Source: Octopus vulgaris (Eukaryota). Taken from it: DNA of 64,000 nucleotides. Of the stretch, positions 27,110-41,648 are shown in pieces. Position 1 is the stretch's first letter. Each line of letters starts with the position of its first letter. Both the position numbers and the translations under genes were made by a program. Where the stretch lies: NCBI GenBank assembly GCA_951406725.2, contig OX597820.1, positions 10,912,001 through 10,976,000 on the forward strand, written 5' to 3'. Under the pieces are notes generated by a model. That model searched no databases. It was not told where the DNA came from and was given only the letters and a program-made list of their open reading frames with translations.

Positions 27110-27352
27110 ATATATGTGTAAATCTTTGTGTATGTATCTTTGTGTCTGTGCTTGTGCCCCAGCACCACTCGACAACCGGTGTCGGTGTGTTTACGTCCCC
27201 GTTACATAACAGTTCGGCAAAATAGATCGATAGAATAAGGACTAGACTTTAAAAAACCTAAGCCTTAGGTTCGATTTGTTCGACTAAAACCCTTCAAGGT
27301 GATGCCCCAGCATGGCCGCAGTCAAATGACCGAAACAAGTAAAAGATAAGAG
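27110..27352 (+). mobile_element. SINE family B, 3' half
   Basis: GTTTACGTCCCCGT...CAGCATGGCCGCAGTCAAATGAC. Confidence 0.8.
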
Positions 27353-27479
27353 ATAAAATATCATGTTTAGATATATAGTTGAAATATAAGAATAGTCTTC
27401 TTGGCCCGCTCATAAAGGGTTCGACAAGTTACTCAACTCTCATTAATATATATTAACCATACAGATAATATATATAGGC

Positions 27480-27843
27480 GGAGGCGCAATGGCCCAGTGG
27501 TTAGGGCAGCGGACTCGCGGTCGTAGGATCGCGGTTTCGATTCCCAGACCGGGCGTTCTGAGTGTTTATTCAGCGAAAACATCCGGCAGGGGATCGTGGT
27601 GATCCCTGCTGTACTCTTTCACCACAACTTTCTCTCACTCTTACTTCCTGTTTCTGTTGTACCTGTATTTCAAAGGGCCGGCCTTGTCACTCTTTGTGTC
27701 ACGCTGAATATCCCCGAGAACTACGTTAAGGGTACACGTGTCTGTGGAGTGCTCAGCCACTTACACGTTAATTTCACGAGCAGGCTGTTCCGTTGATCGG
27801 ATCAACGGGAACCCTCGTCGTCGTAACCGACGGAGTGCTTCCA
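27480..27843 (+). mobile_element. tRNA-derived SINE family C
   Basis: GGAGGCGCAATGGCCCAGTGGTTAGGGC...GGTTTCGATTCC head; four copies in the window. Confidence 0.9.
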
Positions 27844-29468
27844 TCTATATATATAATCACTACGCGTTTAAACATTTAGCTGTATTCATGAACTGAATAT
27901 AACGAAGTTCTTATTACTATTTGTCGAATATTGGTTGTTCGTGCTATTTTTATATCTCCGGTTCTAATTGTAAAAGCGACGCCCACAATGGAAATACGTC
28001 GAATAAGTTCTCGCCCTCCAAAAACATTATTAAAGGAATCAGTGATTAATTATTTCCAACGGAGCCTTCAGGATACGTTTCTTAGTCTCTTGGATATTTC
28101 ATTCGTAATTTGAAGAAGAATGCTTATGGCAGTAATCCGCTCCTGAAGCTTTAATTATGTTCTGAGTATTATGGCTATGAATGAGAAGATAGCTCTATGG
28201 CTCTGTTCAGCGCCAACGTCATCGCCATACCAGGCCAAAGAGAAAATATAATTGATTTACTGAAGTAATTCCTTGTAAGTATCGAGGGGAGAATATACAT
28301 GAAACCTAAAGATATTTAGATCCACGCCAATTTTTCTTTCTCCTCCATTCTTTACTGTAATACATGAAACAAACCCTAAGACAGACTTCACTTCTAAGCG
28401 TCTTAACTGGTTATAGGATACTTTAAATAAATCGCAATAGAAGCAACAAACCTCGGGAAAAATCCATTCTCAAGTATCAAATGTAAATCTTTCGTGCTAT
28501 ATTAGATCAGAATGCGATTTATTTCGCGGAACCATTGCTTAGTTGTAATTTCATTTGAACATTTCCTTCTACTTGAGTCACGTTTCATGTCTAATTCAAA
28601 CAGCTGCCATTAATATCTGTGGAACCATTCAGAAGCAGCTGGTAAGTTTAAACTGCGTTACAAAATAATTAGTAGGTCGTAAATTTTCGCGTATTAGGAG
28701 GTTTGTGTAATCGAGTTTCCGATAATCAGCATGGAATCGGTGAGATTATAGAAGTTATCTTTCATCACAACTATAAAGAACATGGCCGAATCATGGCTGA
28801 TGTGTTGCTAACTAGACGGCGATTCTAAGTGTGACATCGGTTGATATGTAATGCATATTTTGTGTTAGCGCCAACAAACGTACTAACCATAAGAAACAGT
28901 ATGGTGTTCTAAATTCATGCAACCTGCTAGAAATAGCAGCCTATTGTTCGTCAACTAACATCTACTGTTTTAAATAACGAAAGAATACAAAGGATAAAGA
29001 GGACATCATGATGGCTGGAACAACTTTGCTAACAGGTTTGATCGATAAGGGATGAAAAGGGCGGAACAGCAAAAGAAGCAAAAAGAATAACACCATCAGA
29101 TATTGTAAACCCCATGTTTTCTTTATTGTTTTTTTTTTTATTTCAAAATATGGCCTCCATGAAAGGAAATAATGTTTATTACAACGCACTCAATTCAGAC
29201 AATTACTATTTACTCCTATGTGTGTGCGTGCGTGCGGTCACTGTCTGGTCTCCGAGATTCTGTCAAGTCGGTGGCGTACTATAAGATTTTATGCGTGTTG
29301 TCCTGTATATATACAAATATATATACATATGTGTGTGTGTGTGTGCAAAGGTTGAATTATATTCATCGTTTAATTTGGAGGATTCCAAAAAACGATTTCT
29401 AATAAAGATTCTTCGTATTTTGCTGGTAGCTTACTGGCGTAAGTTTGCGAATATAAAATAATACTTGT

Positions 29469-29645
29469 ATATGGTGTGTTATGTGAATTTATGGAAAGGA
29501 GTTCCATAAAACACAACAAATTTGTTTAAAATGGAGAAGAGAAGGTGTTAAAATTTCTTTCAAATCTCAACACCTCTTCTCCATTTTCAGAAATTTGTTG
29601 AGTTTTGGTGGAAACATTTCCATAAATTCAAATAACATACCATAT
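29469..29645. repeat. Degenerate ~75-bp-arm inverted repeat
   Basis: ATATGGTGTGTTATGTGAATTTATGGAAA... / ...TTTCCATAAATTCAAATAACATACCATAT. Confidence 0.8.
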
Positions 29646-29646
29646 A

Positions 29647-30040
29647 TCTTTATATATAAAAGTGAAGTTGTGTGTCTGTCTCCTACGATTTAGATTCCTA
29701 ACTACTCCCACATTTTGCGGTGCAGTGTAACCAAAACCGGGTATCTTATAGTCGTGATTCATATCGAGCCCTTCTGGGTATTAGCGCGCGTCTACGATGA
29801 GTCTACGATTTAAAAAAAAATTTACCATCATTTTTTCCCATTTTAATGCATTTTTTTGCTATTATATAAGGGAAGTAACTCTCTAAAAATGTATTATTAA
29901 ATCTCAGAACGTAAAAAGCTACAGTAACACCCCCCTTTGTGGTTAGCCATATTGAGATGGCTATTATACTTTACATCTCTAAAAATGTTTATATAGTTAT
30001 TTCCCTTACAAACCCGAGCAACGCCGGGCGATACTGCTAG
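29647..30040 (+). mobile_element. Non-autonomous Helitron
   Basis: A|TCTTTATATATAAAAG...CCCGAGCAACGCCGGGCGATACTGCTAG|T. Confidence 0.88.
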
Positions 30041-30121
30041 TATGTATATATATATATTTATTGGCTTATGTTTTTCATTGTTTGATTTGCCTAATAGTGG
30101 TTTTATCTCTAATTTAATATA

Positions 30122-30223
<102 letters not shown>

Positions 30224-30251
30224 GTGTGTGTTTGTGTGTGTGTGTAGGGTG

Positions 30252-30288
<37 letters not shown>

Positions 30289-30969
30289 GGTTATATATGA
30301 TTCATAATGACTCGAGACATACAACCTTATAGTACGCCACCGAATGGCTTGACAGGATCTTGAAGACCAGACAGTGACATAATTTCTAATCAGATTTAAA
30401 TCAGCATTTAATTCCAGTTGCTGCTGGTGAGCGATTCGCAGTTCCATTTGCTTACAATTCGACGAATAGAAGAATCTTTGATGTGGCGTGGAATAAAAAA
30501 TAGTAAGAAACAAGCGTAGGCGACAATTCTTTTACTCGAGACCTTTATTTAAGTTAAGCTTAATGCAATATTAATGGATAACGTCATACGGTTGTAATGT
30601 TCATGCTCATCATTATTTAAAATAGAGTTGAAATCCGGTTTGCTTGATAATCCATTGATTACTGAATTAGTCATCATTCTACTCTGTTTTAAATAATACC
30701 TGAGGAGTATGGAAATTACACCCACACACACGAACATACACACACTCACACACAAATATATATATATATATATGTCTCAGATTTTGTTATCAGGCCAGCA
30801 GATATAGTGGGTGGGTAGTCGGGTGTTAGTGGATTACATTGCCAGCAGGACATGACTGATACTTTATTTCATCGATCCTAAAATGTTTAAAGCTAAAGTT
30901 GAATCAGCGGAATTAGAACTTAGAACGTAAAAAGCCAAAAGAAATACTGGTAGGTGTTTTATCCGACGC

Positions 30970-31094
<125 letters not shown>

Positions 31095-31164
31095 AGGTTA
31101 AACTAATACACCTGCTTTTTGTTTATATACCTGACTTGGTCTTTTGTTTTTCTGTAAATTTCAA

Positions 31165-31211
<47 letters not shown>

Positions 31212-31217
31212 TACATA

Positions 31218-31518
31218 TACCTCGTCTGGCCTTATTTACTGCATTAAATGCAACCTATGCGGGATGCTGTATGTAGGACAGACGGGACGCCGGTTGTCCG
31301 ACCGTTTCACTGAACATTTGAGGGACGTTCGCCTACACTCTTTTTCTCCCGTCGCACGCCACTTCCGCTCGGCCGGCCATTCCCTAGATGACATCTCAGT
31401 GTTTGGTCTCGCCCCCCACAATGGTCGCCCACTTTCCAGGCTCCACTTGGAGCAACGCTACATCTTCACCCTACAAACTACCACCCCACACGGACTTAAC
31501 ACAGCCCCCTCCTCTTGA
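31218..31518 (+). pseudogene. Penelope-like element GIY-YIG endonuclease C-terminus (5'-truncated)
   Basis: GLIYCIKCNLCGMLYVGQTGRRLSDRFTEH...VARHF...H...EQRYIFTLQTTTPHGLN. Confidence 0.93.
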
Positions 31519-31539
31519 GATCCGCCTTTTTTTTTTCCC

Positions 31540-34230
31540 GGATACACCACCCACACACACCCACCCACCTACCTCCCACACGCCTGTTCACACACACACA
31601 TACGTAGACCCATCTACGTACATACATTCACACATTTAATCACACACACTTATAGACATACATGCACACACTAACATACAAACCAACATGCACATACACA
31701 CATACATACATACACACACACATACATACTTACACACACACACACACACACAGACATACATACATACATACATACACACATACATACGCACATACATACA
31801 CACACACTCACACACACACACCGCACGTACATACTTCACACACACACATGCACACATACATGTAGGCACACACATACATACATACCCACACATGCACACC
31901 CTTACACTGAATGCACACACACATACACCTTTTTGCATCCAGGCAGCCCCCCTCTTTTCTGCTTTCCGGTTTTGGCTGATGGATCCTCGGTTCCTGCCTA
32001 GTTCGAGGGCCTTTGCGCTCGCGCGCCTTGGCACGCGCCTTGGCGCGCGCTGGGGGCTTGGTCGGCCCCATGGGCTTGCGTTGTATTGCTTGTGCGTTGT
32101 GTGCGTGAGCGCGCTTCGTGTGTGTGGGCTTGCTTCGGATGTGCGCGTGCGTATGTATGCATACTTACCCACACACTCGCATGCATCCCTATCCACATAC
32201 ATACACGCACACCTACTCACACACACACATACACACACACACATACCCGCACACACACACACACATACATACATACACACACATACCTACTTCAGACATA
32301 CACACACAGAGACATACACCCATACACTCACACTCACACGCATACACACACACACACCCATACACACGCACACGTACACATACACACACACACACACACC
32401 TACATACATACATTACACTTGTACACACACACACTTACATTCATACACACACACACCTACACAACCATACCCTCACTCAGACACACACACCTACCTACAC
32501 ACACACACAAACACACACAGACACACACCCATACATACATACATCTACACACACACGCCTACACACATACATACACACATACATAAACACACACACATAC
32601 ACATACACACACATACGCACACACACATATACTTATACACATGCACACACACACACATACATGCATACACCCATACACATACACACACACATACCTACAT
32701 ACTCCTATACGCACATACATACACACAGACATACACACATACACACTCACACAAACATACACACACACATACTTACACACACACTCACCTGCACGCGCAC
32801 ACACATGCATGACAAACACCCATACACTCACACTCACATACGCACACACCAATATAAACACGCACACGCACACACACACCTACACTCCCACACACATACA
32901 CACGCACCTACATACACACACGCACGCATACACACGCACACACACGCATACACACATACATTACACACGTACACACACACCTACATACACATGCATACAC
33001 ACACACACACAAACATGCACGGACACACCCAGACATACATACATACACCTATATACACACGCCCACACACCTACATACACACACATATACACACGCCCAC
33101 ACACCTACATACACACACATACACGAACACACCCATACATACTTACATACATACACCTATACACACACGCCTACACACCTACATACACACACATGCATAC
33201 ACACACACACATGTACGCACATACACACACATATACGCACATACATATATACCCACACACATGCACACACACACACATACGCACATGCATGCATGCATGC
33301 ACACGCGCACACCTACACGCATACACACACACACACGCACGTACACATACATACATACACACACACATACATACACCCATACACATACATGCATCCTACA
33401 CACACATACATACACACTCACACATACATACACACACACACACTCACTCACACACCTGTATGTACGCGCACACACATGCACATACACACACTTCCACACA
33501 CCCACACGTACATACATACACACTCATACACATACACACACACACACAGACATACATCTATGCACACACATATATACACACATACTCACATACATTCATC
33601 GGACACACTGACACCCAGACATACACACAGACACACTCACACATCCACACACATACATACTTACGCGCATACTCGCAGGCGCGCGCACACACGCGCTTGC
33701 GCCGGTTCGCGCACGCATACGCGCTGCATGCACCTCGCTCTCGGACCCGACGAGACCTCCCGCTCGTTCCTGGGACCGTCGCTTGTCGTTGGGTTTTCCC
33801 ACGCCCGTCTCCGCGGGACCACTCTTCCATCTTCCCCTCAGCTGGAGTCCTTTTTCCTTAACCCCCCCCCTTTTTGTTACACACACGCGCACACATATAC
33901 ACACATTGCTTAAATATATACATTACTCTTACACACATTCAATCTACTCGCCATTAATACTACCACGACACTGGACACACACACACACTACTACTCAACA
34001 CACGCTGGCACGCTACATACGCCCCCACCCCTTCCCCTCCCTCTCTTCCTCCTTCCTCTTACTACTGACCACTGTCTGCTATGCCTACTACTGTCTCGCC
34101 CTACCTCACACGCCTACACACAGACGCACACACTAACACATACATATATTTTTTGTTTTTTTATCTCGCCTCACACACACACATACACACACGCACACGC
34201 ACACACTCACACATACACACACATCTGTTG
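31540..34230. repeat. ~2.7-kb degenerate (CA)-rich tract with two GC-rich islands
   Basis: Seen directly; islands at ~31935-32160 and ~33665-33870. Confidence 0.9.
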
Positions 34231-34396
34231 CATTACCAACCTTGTCTCCACTCTTTTGGCTTTAAAAACCTACTTTGCTCTTGTTATCGTAAACTTCCGC
34301 CTTTCACCATGTGTAACTCGTAAACACCAGTCGTTTTTTTCTCTATCTCCTGTTGCCCGCTTTGGGATCTTTCTTTCCTCTCTCTTCCTTCTTTAT

Positions 34397-34431
34397 GTTT
34401 CCGACGAAGAGCTCCGCTCGAAACGTCATAC
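34397..34431 (+). ncRNA. Penelope-type minimal hammerhead (U4C variant, one stem I mismatch)
   Basis: GUUU-CCGACGA-A-GAGC(UCC)GCUC-GAA-ACGU-C-AUAC, downstream of the GIY-YIG ORF. Confidence 0.65.
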
Positions 34432-34518
34432 CTTCCTGCTTCCATTTCCTGAGCGCCTATTAATAATAATACTGTAATTGTTCCATTGTTGTTGTTTTTT
34501 TGTTTTCCCGTTTGGATT

Positions 34519-34554
<36 letters not shown>

Positions 34555-34556
<2 letters not shown>

Positions 34557-34713
34557 GCCAGGATAGATCGCTAGCCACTACACATTATTTATTTTCTCTC
34601 CTTGTTTCTTTCTGCGGAAGAGCGTAGGCTCGAAACGTTAAAGACTTTTTCACTACTCGAGCATTATACTGATACATCTGTTTGTTGGGGGTTTTTTTTG
34701 GTGAATCTTCCCT
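34555..34713 (+). mobile_element. Penelope-pLTR-like repeat with variant hammerhead at 34607-34644
   Basis: UCUUU-CUGCGGA-A-GAGC(GUAG)GCUC-GAA-ACGU-U-AAAGA. Confidence 0.68.
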
Positions 34714-34964
34714 ATATATGTATATATATATGTGTGTGTGTCTGTGTATGTGTGTGTGTATGTATATTGCGATATAACCTCGTAATTGTTGTTTAGTTCC
34801 GTGCCCACCCTGATCTAGCAAACTTACCTTCAAAAGCTTTCCAAACGTGATCATCCTATTTTGTTTTGATGCGGTGGGCGTAATACATCTTGGACAAAAT
34901 TGTCCAATGGTCTATTTCCAAAAAGTAGTTTATAAGCTGAGAAACAACTTTTTGCTATTTCTAG

Positions 34965-35032
34965 CAAGTCCAGTGACGACACAGGGTCTCTGTATGAGGA
35001 AATTTCTCCATTGGAGAATTGTGAATGTGCAG
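34965..35032 (+). CDS. Candidate internal coding exon of an unidentified host gene (KSSDDTGSLYEEISPLENCECA)
   Basis: Acceptor TTTTTGCTATTTCTAG, donor CAG|GTTTAT; phase 2 to 1, compatible with the next candidate exon. Confidence 0.35.
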
Positions 35033-35774
35033 GTTTATCAATGTATTTTTGATGAGACAAGTGAAGATCTACTTAGAAAATGTTTATATCTACATCGTAT
35101 AAATATTTGATGCAAACTATAATTGTTTTCAGTAAACTTGCCTCAAACTATACATTAATAAAATACGTTTGTTTTCTCAAAACTATTTTCATTTGTTACA
35201 TTAGGGACATATATTTCTGTACATTCATGACAATCAGACGATGCATGAGTTTATAGAAGAACGCCGTAAGAAACGCAAGTAGCAGGAGAAATGTAAAATT
35301 TGCAACTTTAAAGAGGGTTCAGAATAATACAAGAATATATTATATAATTTGCTTAACCAGGATATTTCATTGAAAGAAAAAAAAAGTGATTAAAGTTTTC
35401 TTCTCTAATCGATCAATATAGAAGTTAAATTATAAATATATAATGTGGAAAAAGCTTGGAGAGAAAAATAATGTTTGATGAATAGAAGGATATAGCGGAA
35501 AAAAAAATTAAGTGTAAGAAACAAATTTTATGAAAAAGTAATTAAAAGCAACCTAAGAAGCAATCAATGAAGAACAAATTTATTATGTTAAAATTCAATT
35601 CTATCTGTAGAAATAGGAGCGCCTTAGAGCAGGAAGTAAGCTTTTAGGCAAGCATGCAAACCGATTTATTTTCCAAAATTAAATACTTTATTTTACTTAC
35701 ATTACTCTGATTGCTACCTGGAGATGTTATTGAAATAAATTCAACATATATGTATGTATTTGTACATACATACA

Positions 35775-35810
<36 letters not shown>

Positions 35811-35926
35811 TACACACATATATATATATATATATTTATATATACATATATATATATATTTATATATATATACATATATATATATATACACATATATATA
35901 TATACATATATATATATACATATATA

Positions 35927-36820
<894 letters not shown>

Positions 36821-36825
36821 GCAGT

Positions 36826-37133
36826 GGAGGCACAATGGCCCAGTGGTTGGGGGAGCGGACTCGCAGTTTCGATTCCCAAACCGGGCGTTGTGAGTGTTTA
36901 TTGAGCGAAAACACATAAAGCTCCACGAGGCTCCGGCAGAGGGTAGGGGCAAACCCTGGTGTAACCTTTCACCACATCTTTCTCTCACTCTTTCTTTCTG
37001 TTTCACGCTGAATCTCCCCGAGAACTACGTTTCAGGTTCAGTTCAGTGCTCAGCCACGTGCACGTTAATTTCACGAACAGGCTGTTCCGTTGATCGAATC
37101 AACTGGAACCCTCGTCGTCGTAACCGACGGAGG
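36826..37133 (+). mobile_element. SINE family C, internally deleted
   Basis: Family match. Confidence 0.85.
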
Positions 37134-37142
37134 GCCATGATG

Positions 37143-37173
<31 letters not shown>

Positions 37174-37482
37174 GGAGTCTTCAAAAGAGGTACAAGTATA
37201 CTAATAGTGGAAAGTTACATATGTCCTAAACATATAGAGAGCATGTTCACATTTTAAGCTTGACTGCTTAGACAAACAGCGTTAATTGTATACGATATGA
37301 ACCTATACAGGTATTAGTGTGAGACTATCTTGAACACACACACACACACATTACGCACACATACAGACAACAGTTTTCATCAGAGTCTGAAGTAATGACT
37401 AATGAAGGTTTACATTCCATTCTCTTCACATTTTCAAACAATTACAGCTGTTTTGATGCGACGATATTTCTAAAAATTTAAA

Positions 37483-37695
37483 GGCGGCGAACTGGCAGAA
37501 TCGTTAGCTACGCTGAGCAAAATACTTAGCGGGATTTCGTCTGCCGTTACGTTCTGAGTTCAAATTTCGCCGACGTCGACTTTGCCTTTCATCCTTTTGG
37601 GGTCGATAAATTAAGCACCGGTTGCGTACTGGGGTCGATCTTATCGACTGTCCTCCTCCCCAAAAATTTCGGGCCTTGTTCCTAGAGTAGAAATG
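37483..37695 (+). mobile_element. SINE family A variant with alternative 3' tail
   Basis: Same head and body, tail CCCCCAAAAATTTCGGGCCTTG...AGTAGAAA. Confidence 0.85.
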
Positions 37696-37753
37696 AATAT
37701 TTCTAAAAAATTGGCCATATTTCGGCAGGTAGAAATACGTTTTTCTCATTAAT

Positions 37754-38150
37754 GGCGCAGGAGTAGTTGTGTGGTAAATAGCTTGTTTACCAACCACATG
37801 ATTCCGAGTTCAGTTCCACTGCGTGGCACCTTGGGCAAGTGTCTTCTACTATAGCCTCAGGCCGACCAAAGCCTTGTGAGTGGATTTGGTAGACGGAAAC
37901 TGAAAGAAGCCCGTCGCATATATGTATATACATGTATGTGCATATGTGTGTTTGTGTGTCTGTGTTTGCCTCCCCCACACTCCCAGCATCGATGCTGGTG
38001 TGTTTACGTCCCCGTTACTTAGCGGTTCGGCAAAAGGGCCCGATAGAATAAGTACCAGGCTTCCAAAGAATAAGTTCTGGTGTCGATTTGTTCGACCAAA
38101 GGTGATGCTGCAGCATGGCCGCAGTCAAATGACTGAAACAAGAAAAAAGA
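37754..38150 (+). mobile_element. SINE family B
   Basis: Full length. Confidence 0.9.
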
Positions 38151-38261
38151 GTAACGACGTAGAAGATGAATAGTACGAAGTCTTCATGAAACAGAATTCA
38201 CAGTATTTGAATCGGTTCTTCAGTGGTCACTTTGTAGCCGCTGTAGGGCTAGTGACCACTT

Positions 38262-38467
38262 ACTCTCTCTCTTTTACTCTTTTACTTGTTTCAGTCATTT
38301 GACTGCGGCCATGCTGGAGCACCGCCTTTAGTCGAGCAAATCGACCCCAGAACTTATTCTTTGTAAGCCCAGTACTTATTCTATCGGTCTCTTTTGCCGA
38401 ACCGCTAAGTAACGAGGACGTAAACACACCAGCATCGGTTGTCAAGCAATACTAGGGGGACAAACAT

Positions 38468-38544
<77 letters not shown>

Positions 38545-38715
38545 CATATATACGACGGACTTCTTTCAGTTTCCGTCTACCAAATCCACTCACAAGGCTT
38601 TGGTTGGCCCGAGGCTATAGTAGAAGACACTTGCCCAATATGCCTCGCAGTGGGACTGAACCCGGAACCATGTCGTTGGTAAGCAAGCTACTTACCACAC
38701 AGCCACTCCTGCGCC
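38262..38715 (-). mobile_element. SINE family B
   Basis: Full length, inverted relative to 37754-38150. Confidence 0.92.
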
Positions 38716-39565
38716 TACATTTTGTCTACATTTTGATCATGAAAAATACCACTCAACGTGACTTAATGTTGTCAGTATGTCTTTGACTGAATGAACTGCT
38801 CTGCTAGTATATAGACTTCCAATGATTGCTCTGTGAGCCCTTTAAAACCCCTTTGTATATTGTTAGTGTGATTCGACGGAAATTCGACGGGTATTTCTAA
38901 CAAACAGCCGAACCACTACGTTCAGCCTCTTTACTTACTCGTATAACCAGAGCGATCCGACTTCGTGACTCCGTCTTCAACTGCCTATAATCATGAAAAT
39001 AAATTTCAATTTAGGAATAGAATCTTACGAAGCACTCATCAGAATGGCCACTTGGTTTTTATCACTGAAATACTTCGTTAAATAAAACTTAATTATTGCT
39101 TGGAGCCATTGAGAAACATATTTGGTGATGCACACAGCACAAATCTGAAGATACAATGTTAGTCAATGAGTTTTCGATTCTTGTTCAACATCCTATCGAC
39201 CAAGCTGACTACAGTTCACGAATGTTTAAAATTGAGAATTATTAAAATGTCCTGGGGCACTACAACGTTTAATTTCCTCTGAATTAACTACTGTGTCCGG
39301 GAACATTGTCATGAACAGCACTTTTCACTGAATTTGCATAGGCTTACATTTAACATCCGGCAAGATTAACTTTGAAGATTTCTTAGGTTATCAGAAAACT
39401 ATTAATGTATTGAACAGTGGTCTAACCGGTTGAACAAACTCCTCTACATGGATTTTTCAATCCTTTTCACTGTTATCCGATTCAATACAAAAGAACAAAA
39501 CAGAAAATAAACTCTCAAACTATTTCTATAGTGAGATTTTATCAATATTATTGTTTTTAACTTGA

Positions 39566-40120
39566 GACGGTGAGCTGACAGAATCGTTAGCGCGCAGGGC
39601 GAAATGCGTATCCATATTTCGTCTGCGGTTACGTTCTGAGTTCAAATTCCGCCGAGGTCGAATTTACCTTTCATCCTTTCGGGGTCGATAAATTAAGTAT
39701 CAGTTACGCACTGGGGTCGATGTAATCGACTTAATCCCTTTGTCTATCCTTGTTTTTCTCCTCTGTGTTTAGCCCCTTGTGGGGCAAATTCCGCTGAGGT
39801 CGACTTTGCCTTTCATCCTTTTGGGGTTGATAAATTAAGTACCAGTTGCATATTGAGGTGGTTCTAATCGACTGGCACCCTCTCCAAAAATTTCGGACCT
39901 TGTGCCTAGTGTAGAAAAGAATATTTAAGACCCTTGGCAGCGAGCTGGCAGAATCTTTAGCACGCCTGTCTTTACGTTCTGAGTTCAAATTCCGCCGAGG
40001 TTGACTTTGCTTTTCATTTTTTCGGGGTCGATAAATTAAGTACCAGTTGCATACTGAGGTCGATCTAATCGAGTGCTCCTCTCCCCAAAAATTTCGGGCC
40101 TTGTGCCTAGAGTAGAAAAG
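39566..40120 (+). mobile_element. Cluster of three SINE A units (both tail types)
   Basis: Units at ~39566, ~39786 and ~39936. Confidence 0.85.
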
Positions 40121-41367
40121 AAAATGCAAGTGTGATGGTAATTGTCGACGATTGGCATGGTAGAAAGAAAATATTTGCTGGCCACGAAGAGCTTTTGTAT
40201 GAAGTGTCAGTAGAAGAGACAACCAATGACAGTTTTGAAACTTTGCGTATTTTACTTTTGTATCATTCCAGATTAAAGAGGAAGGTGCAGAAAATTGAGT
40301 CTTTATGACATGCAATGATCTTGTCCTTTTGCAGGTAACGTGGAAAAGATTACCACTTCCCATTAAAGTGTGATTTGTAGCTCTCTCGTCATAAAAGGTA
40401 AAGCATGTGTGATGCGTGATGTTTTAACGATGCATCCATCACACCTGTGCTGAAGGTTATATGGAGAATACCAAGTAGTATCTGTTGCAGATAAGAGTGA
40501 GGAGAATATAAGTGAACAGCGAAGCATGATGCCAAAAGTAAGCTCATAGCTTCTGGTTCAATCCCACTGCACGGAACCTTGGGCAAGTGACTACTGAATA
40601 ATGCCCGGTTGAATAATGACTTGTGACCGAATTTGATAGACGGAACATGTGAGGAAGTCCGTTGTATTCATATACATGTGTGTGGGTGTGTCCCTCACAA
40701 ACGCTGGAATACCGGTGCTGGTTTGTTTATACTGAGGAGTCCGCGATATAACTTTACATATGTTAGCCAAAAAAATCGAGATATACTGAGTGTGCGATAG
40801 GTGAACCGCGATGTACTGAGTACGCGATAGATGAACTTCAGCGATATGGCGAGGGGTTACTTCACGCGCATACTTGTAACATAAACTAGTATTACCAGCC
40901 TTGGACGAAATTATAATGGGGCAACGTTCTTTAACTCGCTCGATCCCTAATTCTTAGTTACGGCCATGTAAGGCATGCACACGATACTGCACTAGACTTC
41001 GTCTCTATTTTCATCCACTCACACCCTGAAATACTAACACTACTCCCCATTAACCTAACAACATTTGTTACATCTCTATATAACGTTGGAAACTCAATTA
41101 ATATCTCACGGGCATAGAACGTTATGGAAATCTATACTAGTCATATATGCTGGACAGCTTTTGTCAAGCCAATCATGCATGAACGTAATACAATAAGCTA
41201 ATTACACACACAATGAGATACACACAAACATGTATAATCAACAATTAGGTAAATGCATATTAATCAATTTAATGTCATGAATGCACATTGCAATGTTGGA
41301 GTGGGTTTAAATGTCATATATATATATATATGTGTGTGCGTGTGTATGTTTGTGTGTGCATGTATAT

Positions 41368-41420
<53 letters not shown>

Positions 41421-41478
41421 TGTATGTAACTATCTATGTATATATATGTACATATATATCTATATCTTTATATACATA

Positions 41479-41551
<73 letters not shown>

Positions 41552-41574
41552 CTATGCATGAATATATATGTACA

Positions 41575-41648
<74 letters not shown>

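Noticed and set aside
27480-27555. tRNA-like heads of SINE C (also 6235-6328 and 17190-17257) as tRNA genes
   Set aside because: No complete cloverleaf or terminator; they continue into repeat bodies, and one SINE C copy has a TSD
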